A stretch of 64,000 nt of DNA from Burkholderiaceae bacterium (GTDB taxonomy: Bacteria > Pseudomonadota > Gammaproteobacteria > Burkholderiales > Burkholderiaceae_D). The notes under the pieces are model-generated. The model was given only the letters and a program-made list of their open reading frames with translations. It was not told the origin of the DNA and ran no database searches. The number at the start of each line of letters is the position of its first letter. Position 1 is the stretch's first letter. Shown here piece by piece: positions 62,128 through 64,000 of this stretch. The stretch is from positions 19,538 through 83,537 of the forward strand of contig JAIETO010000001.1 of assembly GCA_019745005.1 (NCBI GenBank). The letters are read 5' to 3'. The translations under genes were made by a program, and so were the position numbers.

Positions 62128-62394
62128 ATGTCAGATTCGAAACTGCTTGACCATAAGAATAATCCACTCGTCCTTGGTGACATCGTGCGTGTGTTGACCT
62201 TGGACAAAAAATTTATCAAAAGTTTTCCCGCAGACGAACGTATCTTGATCGAATCCATGATTGGGAATTTCTTCAAAATCATTGCGATTGATGAAGAAGG
62301 TCAAGCCTGTGTCATGCGTGAGTGGCACGACGAAAAAGGCCAACTCCAGACGCATGTCATTGCTTTAGATCCAGAAGAAATGGAGAAAATCTAG
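62128..62394 (+). CDS. Hypothetical 88-aa protein
   Basis: Clean ORF with protein-like composition filling the intergenic gap. Confidence 0.7.
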   Translation: MSDSKLLDHKNNPLVLGDIVRVLTLDKKFIKSFPADERILIESMIGNFFKIIAIDEEGQACVMREWHDEKGQLQTHVIALDPEEMEKI

Positions 62395-62443
62395 ATTGTC
62401 GAATTGCGCAAATGAACGTGTCGCACGATCTTTGCGTAAGGAT

Positions 62444-62486
62444 AAAAAAATGGCGCATCGCTTTTAATCAAGCCGATGCGCCATTT
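62444..62486. terminator. Terminator between convergent genes
   Basis: AAATGGCGCATCG / CGATGCGCCATTT. Confidence 0.7.
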
Positions 62487-62514
62487 CTAAATGTGCCATC
62501 GCTAAATATACCGA

Positions 62515-63369
62515 TTACCAAATATTCACACGCTTACTTGGCTCACGCAGAGGTGAACGATCAGCCGAACACTTAAACGCCTCAGTAAATTCTGGCATAT
62601 TCGCCAAAGGCGCAATGACACGATATTTTTCAGGCGCGTGGGGGTCCGTGGCAAGTTGCAAACGTAAACTTTCATCACGCATTAAACCTCTGAAGCTCTG
62701 TGCATTCGCAATGAAGAAACGTTGTTCTGGTGTGAAGCCATCAATCTTCTCGGCTTGCGGGGTTTTCTTTAATGCGTTTTGCATGGCTTTAAGGGCAATT
62801 TTTAAGCCGCCTAAATCCGCGATATTCTCGCCCGCCGTCAGCTTGCCATTGATGTGCAATTGGTCAATCGGATTAAATTCATCAAATTGCTTTTCAATCG
62901 CTGTCACTCTGGTGAGAAAATTCTTTTCGTCTTCCTTTGTCCACCAACTTTTCAAATTGCCTTGGGCATCGTATTGGCGCCCTTCATCATCAAATGCGTG
63001 AGTCAGTTCGTGCCCGATGGTGGCACCCGTATTGCCATAATTGGCAGCCAAATCAGCATTCACGTGGTATAGAGGTGGTTGCAAAATTCCAGCCGGGAAA
63101 ACCATTTCGTTCATAGTCGGGTTGTAATAAGCATTGACCGTTGGCGCTGTCATACCCCACTCATTGCGATCAATCGGCTGCCCCAATTTTGCAAGATTGC
63201 GCTTAAACTCAAACTCAGCAGCGCGCATATTGTTGACGGCAAACGAATCTGCGTCCAACTTCAATTGGCTGTAATCACGCCACACATCGGGGTAACCAAT
63301 TTTCACCAAAAGCGTATCGAGCTTCTTATAGGCTTCTTGTTTGGTGGTTTCGGACATCCAATCTAATTT
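62515..63369 (-). pseudogene. M13 family metallopeptidase (PepO/ECE-like), 3' part, interrupted by a transposon
   Basis: KLDWMSETTK at the junction, then KIGYPD, VNAYY, GHELTH and GENIAD. The N-terminal part is absent and the frame runs into the transposon end. Confidence 0.88.
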
Positions 63370-64000
63370 GAGGGTCGGCCGGGATTCGTGTAAAAAAACT
63401 CAAATCCCGTCGTAACCATTTGATTTACTGAAGAATTCTCGTTTTGTAATTCATTGGTGGCACCTTTCTTTCTAGGTCCAAGGTATAGTCACCATACCTG
63501 TTGATGTGCTCCGTCCGATACGGCGCCAAGCCAGCCAAAATTTCCTCATCGATCGGGAACCCTTCCCTCTGCATTTCCTTCAGCGTACCCGTCATGGCCT
63601 CAACGTTGTGAAGGATGGCCAGATTGGCCACCAGCTGGTTATACTTCACGACTTTGCGCTGCTCGTGGCGTACATTCTCAGCGATGATGCCCTGGTTCCC
63701 GAAGAACAACCACTTGATGAACTGGTTGAACTCTTCGCTCTTGTTGGTGGCCGCCTGGATCGTTTTTCGTAGTTCAACGTCGCCGATGTATTTGAGCAGA
63801 AACTCGGTGCGCACAACCCGCCCCAGCTCGCGGAACGCAAAATACAGCTTGTTCTTGCGGCTTGCGGTGCCCAGGCGTCGCAGGATTGTCGACGGTGTAA
63901 TCTTACCGGCCTTGATCGACAGCGCGATGCGCAGCATGTCCGGCAAGTGCGTTTCAATGAGTTCCCAGTTAATAGACTCACTGAAAAGGCCATTAATGTT
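63370..64000 (-). mobile_element. End of a Tn3-family transposon continuing beyond the window; inverted repeat starts GAGGGTCGGCCGGGATTCGTGTAAAA
   Basis: Terminal motif abuts the broken peptidase, the tnpA stop is 55 nt inside, and GC and codon usage visibly rise. Exact repeat length cannot be determined from one end. Confidence 0.88.
63425..64000 (-). CDS. tnpA: Tn3-family transposase, C-terminal part
   Basis: LYFAFRELGRVVRTEFLL, TNKSEEFN, LVANLAILHN and EHINRYGDY. Confidence 0.93.
   Translation of the reverse strand, partial: NINGLFSESINWELIETHLPDMLRIALSIKAGKITPSTILRRLGTASRKNKLYFAFRELGRVVRTEFLLKYIGDVELRKTIQAATNKSEEFNQFIKWLFFGNQGIIAENVRHEQRKVVKYNQLVANLAILHNVEAMTGTLKEMQREGFPIDEEILAGLAPYRTEHINRYGDYTLDLERKVPPMNYKTRILQ

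Overview
Core chromosomal window from a betaproteobacterium; gene content and order suggest Oxalobacteraceae (Undibacterium-like), which is an inference. The left half is accessory. It holds a Cyc2-like barrel plus cytochrome c, two YHS paralogs, and a DUF2946 (CruR-type, CxxC plus RAPP) leader upstream of a TonB receptor, BNR protein and thioredoxin-like protein. It also holds a Pls/PosA-type membrane-bound single-module NRPS with a PPTase, SOS-boxed imuA-imuB lacking dnaE2, vapBC, dsbA, a PafA phosphatase, an amidohydrolase, a stand-alone ATPase, and an SbrI-like ECF sigma/anti-sigma pair with divergent targets. The right half is mostly housekeeping: tRNA-Ser(CGA), serS, the isc operon, thyA-folA, a basic amino acid decarboxylase, a PilZ protein, DUF1800/DUF1501, a Tat-signal Fe-SOD, dcd, xdhC, an exonuclease-DUF1653 fusion, MFS and OPT transporters. 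The window ends with an M13 peptidase cut by a Tn3-family transposon. Three different MITE-like families (six copies) have visible terminal inverted repeats and target-site duplications. The best candidates for an undescribed system are the poly(diamino acid) synthetase locus and the DUF2946-TBDR-BNR-TlpA metal-uptake operon. All family calls come from reading motifs by eye; no searches were run.
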